Below, one piece after another: positions 36,940 to 44,901 of a DNA stretch of 64,000 nt. The number at the start of each line of letters is the position of its first letter. Within the stretch, counting starts at the first letter, position 1. The position numbers and the translations under genes were made by a program. The stretch spans positions 132,088-196,087 of the forward strand of contig CAYMGV010000001.1 in NCBI GenBank assembly GCA_964390105.1. Direction: 5' to 3'. Under the pieces are notes generated by a model. It did no database searches and was not told where the DNA came from. It saw only the letters and a program-made list of their open reading frames with translations. The DNA is from an uncultured Anaerolineae bacterium (GTDB lineage: Bacteria > Chloroflexota > Anaerolineae > Aggregatilineales > UBA3940).

Positions 36940-38847
36940 ATGCGACGTTGGCTTAGCATAGTCGGTATAGTCGTTTTACTGTTTTTCAGCTTTGCTTCAT
37001 CCGGGGAAGCAGCGGCACAGGACCGTACACTAGCCTGGAAAACATGGGATACAACCATTCGCATTAATGAGGATGGATCGTTTAATGTGCGAGAAGTGTA
37101 TGAGATTGAATTCATTGGTGGCCCGTTCACATTTGGCTTCCGCAACATCAGCCTGGATCAAGTTGAATCAATTGTCGATGTCCAGGTAAGTGAGCAGGGC
37201 CGGAACTATACGGCAGCCACCACCGAAGCCGCACAGACTTTCTACACCAACCGCGCTGATGGCGACCTCGTGGTGAATTGGTTCTACGCACCAACATCCA
37301 ACCAGACTCGTACGTTTGTAGTTGAGTATCGTGTGCTGGGTGGCCTGATCGTTGACGCTGAAGGCGATATCCTGAACTGGCAGGCCGTGGGCGAAGAACA
37401 TGCATACAGCATCCAGTCAAGTGATGTCGTGGTCGTGGTGCCTGCAGGGGCACAGATCGTCGTCGAAGACCCCCCTGCCTCACGCGGCGTTTCGGCTTCA
37501 CAGAACATCAGCAATGATGTGATGTCGGTTTCATTCAACACGTCGAATATCCCGGCCAACACACCGCTTGAGGTGTATGTACGCTTCACTCATGGTGTCA
37601 TCCCCGCTACAGCTCCGTCATGGCAGGCTGAATATGAGCGTCAAGCTGAGTGGGATACGACATGGGGGCCTGTTGCGAACCTGGCATCTGGCGCATTGGC
37701 ACTTGCCGTCCTGGTGTTCGGTGTATTGGGGGTTTATCTTCTCTGGGGCCGCCTGGGACGTGATCCCAAGACTGGGCCTGTTCCCAGCTATTTAAGTGTG
37801 CCACCTTCTGACCTGTCTCCTGGAATCGTTGGGGCCCTCGTAGACGAAAAGGTTGATTTACAGGATATCATGGCCGTGTTGATGGACCTTGCCACACGCG
37901 GCTATGTTCAAATGGAAGAACAGGAAGTCAAGGGATTTATCCGAAAAACGAGTACATTCACATTTCATCGGGTTGAAGGCTCCGGTGAACCGGAAAGAGA
38001 CTATGAACAAGACCTGCTCCGTGCTGTGTTTGGCCGCAAACAATCGGTTGACCTGGATGATCTCCAGTATAAGTTCTACGATGAAATACCCAAGTTGAAG
38101 CGAGCCATATACAACGCCCTGGTGACCGAGGGTTTATTTCCCAGGAATCCAAACGCCGTGCGCAGCCGGTGGATGGTGCTGGGTATTGGTGGTGTTGTGC
38201 TGTCATTTGGCGGTGGTTTTTGCAGCCTGGCAGCCGTTGGCAGCTACGCACCAGCGATCATCTGTTTGTTTGTTGCCAGCGGTGTGGTCTCACTGACGCT
38301 GATCGCCGTAGGCCAGGCGATGCCGGTTAAATCACAAAGAGGGGCAGAAGAAGCAGCCAAGTGGAAGGCATTCAAGGCTTATCTTACCAAAATCGAGAAT
38401 CTCGAAAACATGGAGGAGGCTGGAGACATATTCAATCGCTACCTGCCTTATGCCGTGGCATTTGGTATCGAAAAGCTGTGGATACGAACGTTTGCGAAGT
38501 ATCCTGCAACCCCCATACCGCACTGGTATTTCCCATACTGGGCAACTTCCGCACACAGATCGACGCTGGGCAAGCCTGTAGCGGGCCGCCCGACAATGCG
38601 CGATCTCAGTGCCGAACAGGTAACACCGGGGGCCAACCTGGACAGCCTGAGCGGTGGACTTGCCGGTGGCTTGGAACGCATGAGTGATGGCCTGACTTCG
38701 ATGCTTGACAGTACGGCACGAACGCTGACAAGTGTGCCGCAAAGTTCATCATCCAGTGGAGGGTTTGGGGGGTCAACGTTCAGTAGTGGTGGGTTTAGCG
38801 GCGGTGGCTTTAGTTCCGGCGGCAGTGGTGGTGCCGGGTTTGGTTAA
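36940..38847 (+). CDS. DUF2207-family membrane protein
   Basis: Signal peptide, a large N-terminal ecto-domain, and 3 or more TM helices. The characteristic Gly/Ser-rich tail is SSSSGGFGGSTFSSGGFSGGGFSSGGSGGAGFG. SD GAGGAG. Confidence 0.7.
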   Translation: MRRWLSIVGIVVLLFFSFASSGEAAAQDRTLAWKTWDTTIRINEDGSFNVREVYEIEFIGGPFTFGFRNISLDQVESIVDVQVSEQGRNYTAATTEAAQTFYTNRADGDLVVNWFYAPTSNQTRTFVVEYRVLGGLIVDAEGDILNWQAVGEEHAYSIQSSDVVVVVPAGAQIVVEDPPASRGVSASQNISNDVMSVSFNTSNIPANTPLEVYVRFTHGVIPATAPSWQAEYERQAEWDTTWGPVANLASGALALAVLVFGVLGVYLLWGRLGRDPKTGPVPSYLSVPPSDLSPGIVGALVDEKVDLQDIMAVLMDLATRGYVQMEEQEVKGFIRKTSTFTFHRVEGSGEPERDYEQDLLRAVFGRKQSVDLDDLQYKFYDEIPKLKRAIYNALVTEGLFPRNPNAVRSRWMVLGIGGVVLSFGGGFCSLAAVGSYAPAIICLFVASGVVSLTLIAVGQAMPVKSQRGAEEAAKWKAFKAYLTKIENLENMEEAGDIFNRYLPYAVAFGIEKLWIRTFAKYPATPIPHWYFPYWATSAHRSTLGKPVAGRPTMRDLSAEQVTPGANLDSLSGGLAGGLERMSDGLTSMLDSTARTLTSVPQSSSSSGGFGGSTFSSGGFSGGGFSSGGSGGAGFG

Positions 38848-38861
38848 GCAAAAGGTATAAC

Positions 38862-39362
38862 ATGTCAAAAACGGTTGGAGCCTTTCTGATTGCGGCAGGC
38901 GTGCTTGTTGGTCTACTTGGATTAGTTTTCCTGATGGTCAGTGGCGTGGCTGCTGGTGGCGCAGTTCTTGGTGCTTTTCTGCTGTTTGTCGTGCTGGTAC
39001 TTCCATTGATTGGTGGCGGTATTTACGTTATCACTCGAAGTAACAAGGACGAACAGGATGAAGACAAATCTGAAGCTATGCGCACGATCCTCAGCATGGT
39101 TGAGGCACGTGGCGCTGTCAGCATTTCCGATGTTGTGATTGAACTGAAGTCCACTACCGATGACGTAAAATCAATGGTGTATGACTTGGTGGGAATGGGG
39201 GTTTTTGAAGGCTATATCAACTGGAATGAGGGCACACTGTACTCTATGGAAGCCCAGAAACTAAAAGATATGACTGAATGCAAGAATTGTGGAGGGGCGA
39301 TCAAGCCCAGTGGTAAAGGCGTTTTTCAATGCCCGTTTTGTGGGACAGAGTACTTTCTGTAA
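38862..39362 (+). CDS. Membrane protein with a cytoplasmic winged-helix-like segment and a C-terminal zinc ribbon
   Basis: Two N-terminal TM helices. RGAVSISDVVIELKSTTDDVKSMVYDLVGMGVFEGYIN is wHTH-like. CKNCGGAI...FQCPFCGTEYF provides two CxxC pairs. Confidence 0.6.
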   Translation: MSKTVGAFLIAAGVLVGLLGLVFLMVSGVAAGGAVLGAFLLFVVLVLPLIGGGIYVITRSNKDEQDEDKSEAMRTILSMVEARGAVSISDVVIELKSTTDDVKSMVYDLVGMGVFEGYINWNEGTLYSMEAQKLKDMTECKNCGGAIKPSGKGVFQCPFCGTEYFL

Positions 39363-39386
39363 ATAGCGTGAAGGGACAAGGAGACT

Positions 39387-39914
39387 ATGCCAGACTTTTT
39401 TCAGAAAATCACGGAACAGCAGGGAACAATAGAGGAGATCGCGCGGAAGATTCCCGGCTTCAAAGGATACCTTGAAAACAATGATCGACGAGACGCAGAC
39501 CGCATGCTGCGCGAGACCCTTGTGCGTGGATTGGAAGAACAGCATCGTGAGTTTACGTCAGTGCAAAAAGATATCGTCACAAGTGGCGGCATTGCCCATA
39601 TGGAAACATTGTCAAGCATTGACAGCCGTATGCGGATGTTCATTGACAGAATAGAGAGTGCGGCGCAGGGTTATGCCGGGCTGTTTGATGCCGTGAAGGT
39701 TAAAGCCGAGCAGCTTGATAACCTTTATGCGTTTGATAACACCTTACTGGTCTATATTGATCAATTCCGCGATGGTCTTGCGGCGCTGAAAGACAGCATA
39801 GGGACTGACGCACTCGGTGAGGTTATCAAGCAGCTTGATGCCCTTGTTGACGAAGCGAATAACACATTCAAGCGTCGGGTGGAGGCCATGCAAGGCCTTC
39901 AGGATGCTGTATAA
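39387..39914 (+). CDS. Hypothetical 175-aa all-helical protein (weak PspA/ESCRT-III-like flavour, unproven)
   Basis: SD AAGGAG. The sequence is predicted helical throughout. It has an amphipathic-looking N-terminus (MPDFFQKITEQ) and heptad-like charged repeats. Confidence 0.55.
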   Translation: MPDFFQKITEQQGTIEEIARKIPGFKGYLENNDRRDADRMLRETLVRGLEEQHREFTSVQKDIVTSGGIAHMETLSSIDSRMRMFIDRIESAAQGYAGLFDAVKVKAEQLDNLYAFDNTLLVYIDQFRDGLAALKDSIGTDALGEVIKQLDALVDEANNTFKRRVEAMQGLQDAV

Positions 39915-39943
39915 TCCAGTAAATCGGGAAGCACAAGGAGAGT

Positions 39944-40960
39944 ATGATGGCACGAATTCTAGACCTTATCCAGCATCCGAATGTTGGTGGTGATGAACTG
40001 AGCTGGCGTGAGCCCCAGGGTGGCAGCGGTGATTTCCGCATCGGCTCGCAGGTTGTCGTACGTGAGAATCAGGCTGCCGTGTTTGTACGTGGCGGCGAAG
40101 CACTCGATACCCTTGGCCCCGGTACTCACACCATTACCACGGCCAATGTTCCACTGCTGATTGACTATATTGGCAGGGCATTCAACAACCAGAGTCCATT
40201 TACCGCTGAGGTGTATTTCGTCAACATTGGCGACTTCCCCCAGGTGGGTTGGGGCACATCGCAGCCCCTGGCACTGGAAACACCGGGGAAAGGCCTGGGG
40301 TGGCTCTTACTCCAGGGTCATGGCATTATGGATATCAAGATTGCTGAACCGCAGCGCTTTGCCAAACAGTATGGTATCGGCAAACCTGTCGTACGGCTCG
40401 CTGACATCCGTGAACGGCTGCTGACGATGGCCTTAGGTGAACTTCAAGATATAATCGCAACGCATGCGCCAGGTGATCTGATGGGTCTGAATCGTATGAT
40501 CCAGGAGATCGAGCAAGTTATGCTGGTTCAGCTTCGCGATAAGTTTGAAGCTGTTGGCCTGACCTTAAAGGCTTTCGAGATGAAGCCGCTTACGGCTGCC
40601 CCAACCTCCGCTGAAGACCTGCGGAATATGGGCCTGCTGGATGTGGCAACATACCAGGCGCTGCAGGCTGCTGATGCACTGCGTGATGCCGCTAAAAACG
40701 AGGGTGGCACGGCTGGTGCCGGTGTAGGGCTTGGTGCCGGACTTGGGCTTGGGCAGATGATGGCTGGAGCATTCGCTGGTCAACAGCAGCAGCAACAGCA
40801 ACCTCAGCAGCAGTCTTCAGCTCCGTCGAACCCACAGACTGCTGAAGAAATTCAGTCACTTCTGGATAATCTCGATATGAGGCTGGCTAACGGGGAAATA
40901 ACTGAGACTGCTTACAACCGGCTGTACGAAAAATGGCAGGGTAAGCTTAACGAGCTTTAG
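39944..40960 (+). CDS. SPFH/band-7 superfamily protein of the YdjI / 'virion core protein'-like type (COG4260), with a poly-Gln linker and a SHOCT-like C-terminus
   Basis: DLIQHPNVGGDELSWREPQGGSGDFRIGSQVVVRENQAAVFVRGGEALDTLGPGTHTITTANVPLL is typical of this family. The protein also has a QQQQQQQPQQQ linker and ends TAEEIQSLLDNLDMRLANGEITETAYNRLYEKW. Confidence 0.7.
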   Translation: MMARILDLIQHPNVGGDELSWREPQGGSGDFRIGSQVVVRENQAAVFVRGGEALDTLGPGTHTITTANVPLLIDYIGRAFNNQSPFTAEVYFVNIGDFPQVGWGTSQPLALETPGKGLGWLLLQGHGIMDIKIAEPQRFAKQYGIGKPVVRLADIRERLLTMALGELQDIIATHAPGDLMGLNRMIQEIEQVMLVQLRDKFEAVGLTLKAFEMKPLTAAPTSAEDLRNMGLLDVATYQALQAADALRDAAKNEGGTAGAGVGLGAGLGLGQMMAGAFAGQQQQQQQPQQQSSAPSNPQTAEEIQSLLDNLDMRLANGEITETAYNRLYEKWQGKLNEL

Positions 40961-40981
40961 ATTTTAAGGCGTATGGTGTCA

Positions 40982-41015
40982 ACGAGCGAAGCTAATCACT
41001 TCGCTCGTTTTTGTT
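40982..41015 (+). terminator. Intrinsic terminator after the SPFH gene (overlaps the recombinase 3' fragment on the other strand)
   Basis: ACGAGCGAAG-CTAATCA-CTTCGCTCGT followed by TTTTGTTTTTGTT. Confidence 0.75.
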
Positions 41016-42240
41016 TTTGTTGGGCGTCCCGGGGTCAAGAAAGTCCAGATACTTCCGGGTAGTTGCTGACGTCCCGTGCATTGCGGCAGCCTGGGTTTCA
41101 TGAACACTGCCAGTGCTGCTCAGACTCGACTTTATCCATTTTTGAGCAGAGAGCAGGGGCAGATTACGCATAAACCCAGAAATTCGTTCGAAATAGGTGA
41201 AGTCTGGGTCAGACTACAGACCCCATCCTATTTATTCGGGTTCCGCGATTGGTGTTGATGTTCCCTATGGTGGCGTTCTGAACAGATACATTATCGTCTC
41301 CTGCTGCTGCCGGTAGTTCGAGCGTAAACCCGGGCCGGTCTCGGCTTCTGACCGATGTCTTATGTTCATCATAACTCACTTTCCGTGAGTGTCTACCAAA
41401 TGGATAAAGTCGAGTCAGAGTCACTGCCACGAAATAGTGCCGGAAGCTGTGAGGAGTAATTGATATCCCTTTCTCAGCGATCTCTCGGCGTTCCTTGGGT
41501 GATAAGGCCATGCTCATTACGTGATCGATGATATTTGAGGCAGTCCAGCGTAAAATCGAGAGGAGGCTGTTACTGGCTCGTTTGTCATGGCGAGCAAAGA
41601 GTATCGATTGTGGGGTTGATTTGTAATCCCTGCTGCGTGCATTGAGATAGCGGCTTAACGCCTGTGTTGTTTGAATAGTTAGTGTAACCGCTTCTCCACC
41701 TACCGGTAACAGCATGCTTTCACCGGGGTTGAAGTTACTCTCACGCAGGCTCACGACGCCCCCTACCCTGAGGCCGGTCTCCGCAAGAACGAGTACAAAG
41801 GCTCGATCACGCAGATTGCGATATGTGGTGCGCGCGCTGCCTGGATCAGGTTGTGGTGACCAGTTGATCGCGAAAGCGTGGATTTTTTCGATTACATCAA
41901 GTGGCAAATCTGGGAGATTATGCTGTTTTGGCCTGCGCAGTTGGGTAATTGCTTCTTCTATTGCATGGTTATCTATCGGTAGTGATTCTGTGTTCGCAAG
42001 AAACTCGACGTAACGAAGCAGGGCACGGGAGTAAACATGCTCAGTCTCGACAGAAGCATTATTCTGGAGGTGGAGCAAAAATGTTTCAACATCAGTGATA
42101 TCAATGATGACTATGTTTTTATTAGTGTGATGGACCCAGTCTGCAAACTGTCTCACAGCCCGCGCATAAACATCGGCAGTCGAGGCCGAAAACTCGGCTG
42201 CCAACCAGCGTTCATAGGTATCAAGATGCCAGCCCGCCAT
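40992..42240 (-). pseudogene. Tyrosine recombinase (phage-integrase family) interrupted by a 290-bp insertion
   Basis: The track ORF 41209..42240 has a SAM-like N-domain, ETGLRVGG (Arg) and HSFRH (His-x-x-Arg), then a nonsense tail. The missing end ...SSTGSVHETQAAAMHGTSATTRKYLDFL... (His and Tyr region) is encoded on the same strand at 41119..40992. Joining 42240..41415 to 41119..40992 gives 954 nt, which is 317 codons plus a stop, in frame. Confidence 0.85.
41125..41414. mobile_element. MITE-like non-autonomous insertion (290 bp) with 17-bp perfect TIRs and a 5-bp target-site duplication
   Basis: TIRs are CTCGACTTTATCCATTT (41125-41141) and AAATGGATAAAGTCGAG (41398-41414). Direct repeat TCAGA lies at 41120-41124 and 41415-41419. 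There is no transposase-like ORF inside. Family unassigned. Confidence 0.8.
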
Positions 42241-42286
42241 TATTATTCACCATACCCTACTGTCATTTCATCACGCGATGAGCGTT

Positions 42287-42298
42287 ACTTCGTGTAGT
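42287..42298 (-). repeat. Motif copy A (ACTACACGAAGT, the only inverted copy)
   Basis: Plus strand reads ACTTCGTGTAGT. The copy is intergenic, 46 nt upstream of the recombinase ATG (42240). Confidence 0.95.
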
Positions 42299-42348
42299 AT
42301 AAGTTGATAATTAAAACGAAATGGAATGGAAAGGGGTACTGTGTTTCG

Positions 42349-42367
42349 ATATCACTACACGAAGTTT
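42349..42367 (+). repeat. Motif copy B (ATATCACTACACGAAGTTT)
   Basis: 19 nt identical to copy E. It abuts and overlaps by one base the hflX stop codon (42367-42369). Confidence 0.95.
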
Positions 42368-43743
42368 TATTCGCTATCATCTACCAGGTAATCGGAATAC
42401 CTGCCAAGCTCCGTTTTGAGAATCCTTGCTGATATCCAGTATCCATTATCACGCACTTCCTCGGCATCCACATGGCCGGTCTCAAATAACCCGGCACGAA
42501 CGGCACCATCGGCGAAGGGGATATGCAGATCAACAGGAGTAAATCGAAGATGAAGCATTTCCATCACATGGCTGAGCAGATCATTGATGCCCTGCCCAGT
42601 ATGTGCTGATGTATAAAACACGTCCCGGGCCAATCTGTCAAAACGGGTGAGGTCTTCATCCCCTTCCAGGGCATCTATTTTGTTGATCACAAGAATAATG
42701 CGGGTTTGCGGATCGAGTTGAATATCGTCTTGCAGAATGCGATTTACCGTGCGGATGTGGGCCTCACAATGCGGATGCGTGCCATCTACCACATGCATCA
42801 CAATGTCGGCTTCTCGAACTTCCTCGAGTGTGGCCCTGAAGGCAGCAATAAGATCAGTAGGCAACTTCTGGATGAAACCAACCGTATCAGAAAACAAGAC
42901 ACTTTGCCCATCGGGCAGATCAACACGGCGGGTTGTGGGGTCCAATGTGGCAAAAAGCTGGTCAGCAGTAAGGACCCTTGCCCCACTCAGACGATTCAGC
43001 ATCGAGGATTTGCCAGCGTTTGTATAACCAACCAACGCCACAACCGGAATAGCGGATTTCCGGCGCTGCTGGCGATGCCGCTCACGATGGGCGCGCACAT
43101 CCTCCAGTTCGACTTTGAGCTGCGAAATAATACGACCGATCTCACGGCGGTCAGTCTCAAGCTGGGTCTCACCGGGGCCACGCAAGCCGACACCACCAGA
43201 GCCACCTCGCGCGGAACCACCACCGGCCTGACGGGCAAGGTGTGTCCACTGACGTGTCAACCGTGGCAGCCGATACTCATACTGGGCAAGGGAGACTTGC
43301 AACGTTCCTTCGCGGGTGCGGGCATGCTGAGCAAAGATGTCCAAGATCAAGGCTGTTCGATCAAGCACCCGGATATCATCGCCAAACACCCGGTCCAGTT
43401 CTCGCTGGTGTCGAGGTGAGAGTTCATCGTCAAACAACAACACCTGAGCGTCGAGTTCCTCGGCCCACATCTTGATCTCCTCCACCTTCCCCGACCCTAC
43501 ATAGGTCCGAGAATTTGGGACGCGAAGACGCTGCGTCGTCTGGCCGACCACATGCATACCCGCCGTATCCGCCAGCAAAGCCAACTCCTCAAGCGAGGCT
43601 TCTGCTGGCAGCATTTCACGATTGCTATGGAGATCAACGCCGACAAGGAAAGTGCGTTCAGGCGCAGGTTGAATTATCTCGGTTATGGGATCACCCCCCT
43701 CATGACTACACGAAGCTACTTGTATTATACCATGCAGCAACAC
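42367..43743 (-). CDS. hflX: GTPase HflX
   Basis: ERTFLVGVDL...SLEELALLADTAG, RTREGTLQVSLAQYEYRLPRL, VALVGYTNAGKSS (G1), DTVGF and NKID. The track ORF extends to 44031 inside the upstream gene. I place the start at GTG 43743, with SD GGGAGG 9 nt upstream; there is no canonical start codon further downstream before the conserved N-terminus. Confidence 0.8.
   Translation of the reverse strand: MLLHGIIQVASCSHEGGDPITEIIQPAPERTFLVGVDLHSNREMLPAEASLEELALLADTAGMHVVGQTTQRLRVPNSRTYVGSGKVEEIKMWAEELDAQVLLFDDELSPRHQRELDRVFGDDIRVLDRTALILDIFAQHARTREGTLQVSLAQYEYRLPRLTRQWTHLARQAGGGSARGGSGGVGLRGPGETQLETDRREIGRIISQLKVELEDVRAHRERHRQQRRKSAIPVVALVGYTNAGKSSMLNRLSGARVLTADQLFATLDPTTRRVDLPDGQSVLFSDTVGFIQKLPTDLIAAFRATLEEVREADIVMHVVDGTHPHCEAHIRTVNRILQDDIQLDPQTRIILVINKIDALEGDEDLTRFDRLARDVFYTSAHTGQGINDLLSHVMEMLHLRFTPVDLHIPFADGAVRAGLFETGHVDAEEVRDNGYWISARILKTELGRYSDYLVDDSE
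43702..43716 (+). repeat. Motif copy C (ATGACTACACGAAGC)
   Basis: 15 nt identical to copy D. It covers the aminotransferase stop codon (…AGC TTC GTG TAG on the minus strand) and hflX codons …ASCS…. Confidence 0.95.
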
Positions 43744-44887
43744 GGCCCATGGCCTCCCGTATCCGCTGCACTTCCTGCACGATGGACATGCGCAGATAGC
43801 CACGCCCCATCTCACCATATACACTGCCTGGCACCATTGAGACGTGGGCATTCTCCAATACGTCTGCGCAGTACGCCTTGTCGTCTCCACCGGGAACCTT
43901 AGCCCACACATAAAGTGACGCAGGCGGCACGCTGGCAGCAAGGCCAATGGACGGCAGCGCTTCAAGAATGACATCTCGTCGGGCTGAATAGATTGTGTTA
44001 CGCTCCTCAATCCAATCTTGGTCCGTCTCATTGAGCGCTACAATCGCGGCTTCCATCACCGCCCGGAACATGCCGCTATCAACATTACTCTTACAGTGCA
44101 ACAAGCCCTGTACGACCTGGGAGTTGCCTACGCAGGCCCCGACGCGCCACCCGGCCATATTGTAAGCCTTAGACAGCGAGTTGAACTCGACAGCACTCTC
44201 TTTTGCCCCTGCGACACACAGCACGCTGGGCGGATCGACCCCATCAAAGCTGACCTCAGCATAGGGATTATCCGAGCATAGCAGAATGTCATGGGACTTG
44301 CAGAAGGCCACGATCTGTTCGTAATCCTCAAGGGTCGCAACGGCCCCGGTGGGGTTGTTGGGGTAGTTTACCCACATCATTTTTGCACGGGCCAGTATGT
44401 TTGCGGGGATCACATTGAGATCGGGCTGAAAACGATTCTCCGGATCAAGCCGGACAAAATACGGCTCAGCATCCGCAAGCCGCGCCCCACGCTCGTAGGA
44501 TGGGTATGCCGGGTCGGGAATCAACACCACATCCCCCGGGTCAAGGAAGGCAAGATTCAGATGCACGATGCCTTCTTTAGAGCCAATCAGCGGCAGTACT
44601 TCGGTTTCAGCATCAACACTGACACCAAATCGACGAGAATAGTACGCCGAAAATGCTTCACGCAGCCGCGGGATGCCTGCAAATCCAGCATACCCGTGGT
44701 GATTCGGTTGGCGGGCCGACTCATACAATGCCTCGACGACAGCAGGAGGCGGCGGCATATCGGGGCTGCCCATGTCAAGCCGGATGATGTCTTTGCCCTG
44801 AAGCTCCAGTTCCCGCACACGGGAGCTGATCGCAGCAAAGGCATAGGGCGGGATTGTTTTCAGGCGCTCAGAAAGCTCGAACTCCAT
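43706..44887 (-). CDS. Class I/II PLP aminotransferase (AspC/DapL-like)
   Basis: Contains IPPYAFAAI, NYPNNPTGAV and FNSLSKAYNMAGWRVG (PLP lysine). Confidence 0.8.
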   Translation of the reverse strand: MEFELSERLKTIPPYAFAAISSRVRELELQGKDIIRLDMGSPDMPPPPAVVEALYESARQPNHHGYAGFAGIPRLREAFSAYYSRRFGVSVDAETEVLPLIGSKEGIVHLNLAFLDPGDVVLIPDPAYPSYERGARLADAEPYFVRLDPENRFQPDLNVIPANILARAKMMWVNYPNNPTGAVATLEDYEQIVAFCKSHDILLCSDNPYAEVSFDGVDPPSVLCVAGAKESAVEFNSLSKAYNMAGWRVGACVGNSQVVQGLLHCKSNVDSGMFRAVMEAAIVALNETDQDWIEERNTIYSARRDVILEALPSIGLAASVPPASLYVWAKVPGGDDKAYCADVLENAHVSMVPGSVYGEMGRGYLRMSIVQEVQRIREAMGRVAAWYNTSSFV

Positions 44888-44901
44888 GCGCTGTCCTGTT
44901 C

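Noticed and set aside
40780-40815. CAG/CAA-rich run (CAACAGCAGCAGCAACAGCAACCTCAGCAGCAG) as a possible microsatellite or contingency locus.
   Set aside because: It is an in-frame, imperfect poly-Gln linker between the SPFH body and the SHOCT-like tail. There is no evidence of slippage-prone perfect repeats.
41076-41258. 60-aa plus-strand ORF inside the MITE that shares the peptide TRLYPF with the recombinase ORF.
   Set aside because: The shared peptide is simply the TIR read on both strands. There is no SD and the content is low-complexity, so it is not a gene.
41120-41421. The 19-bp inverted repeat GACTCGACTTTATCCATTT inside the recombinase gene could mark an intragenic invertible segment (inverton) giving two alternative C-termini.
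   Set aside because: Neither orientation of the intervening DNA supplies the catalytic His/Tyr region. Removing 17-bp TIRs plus one copy of a 5-bp direct repeat (TCAGA) restores it exactly. The extra 2 bp of apparent IR come from the partly self-complementary TSD. A MITE insertion explains everything.
42367-44031. The 554-aa ORF in the track, with a 110-aa N-terminal extension on HflX.
   Set aside because: The extension (Cys/Arg/Trp-rich nonsense) lies entirely inside the well-supported aminotransferase gene in another frame. The real HflX homology begins near residue 120.
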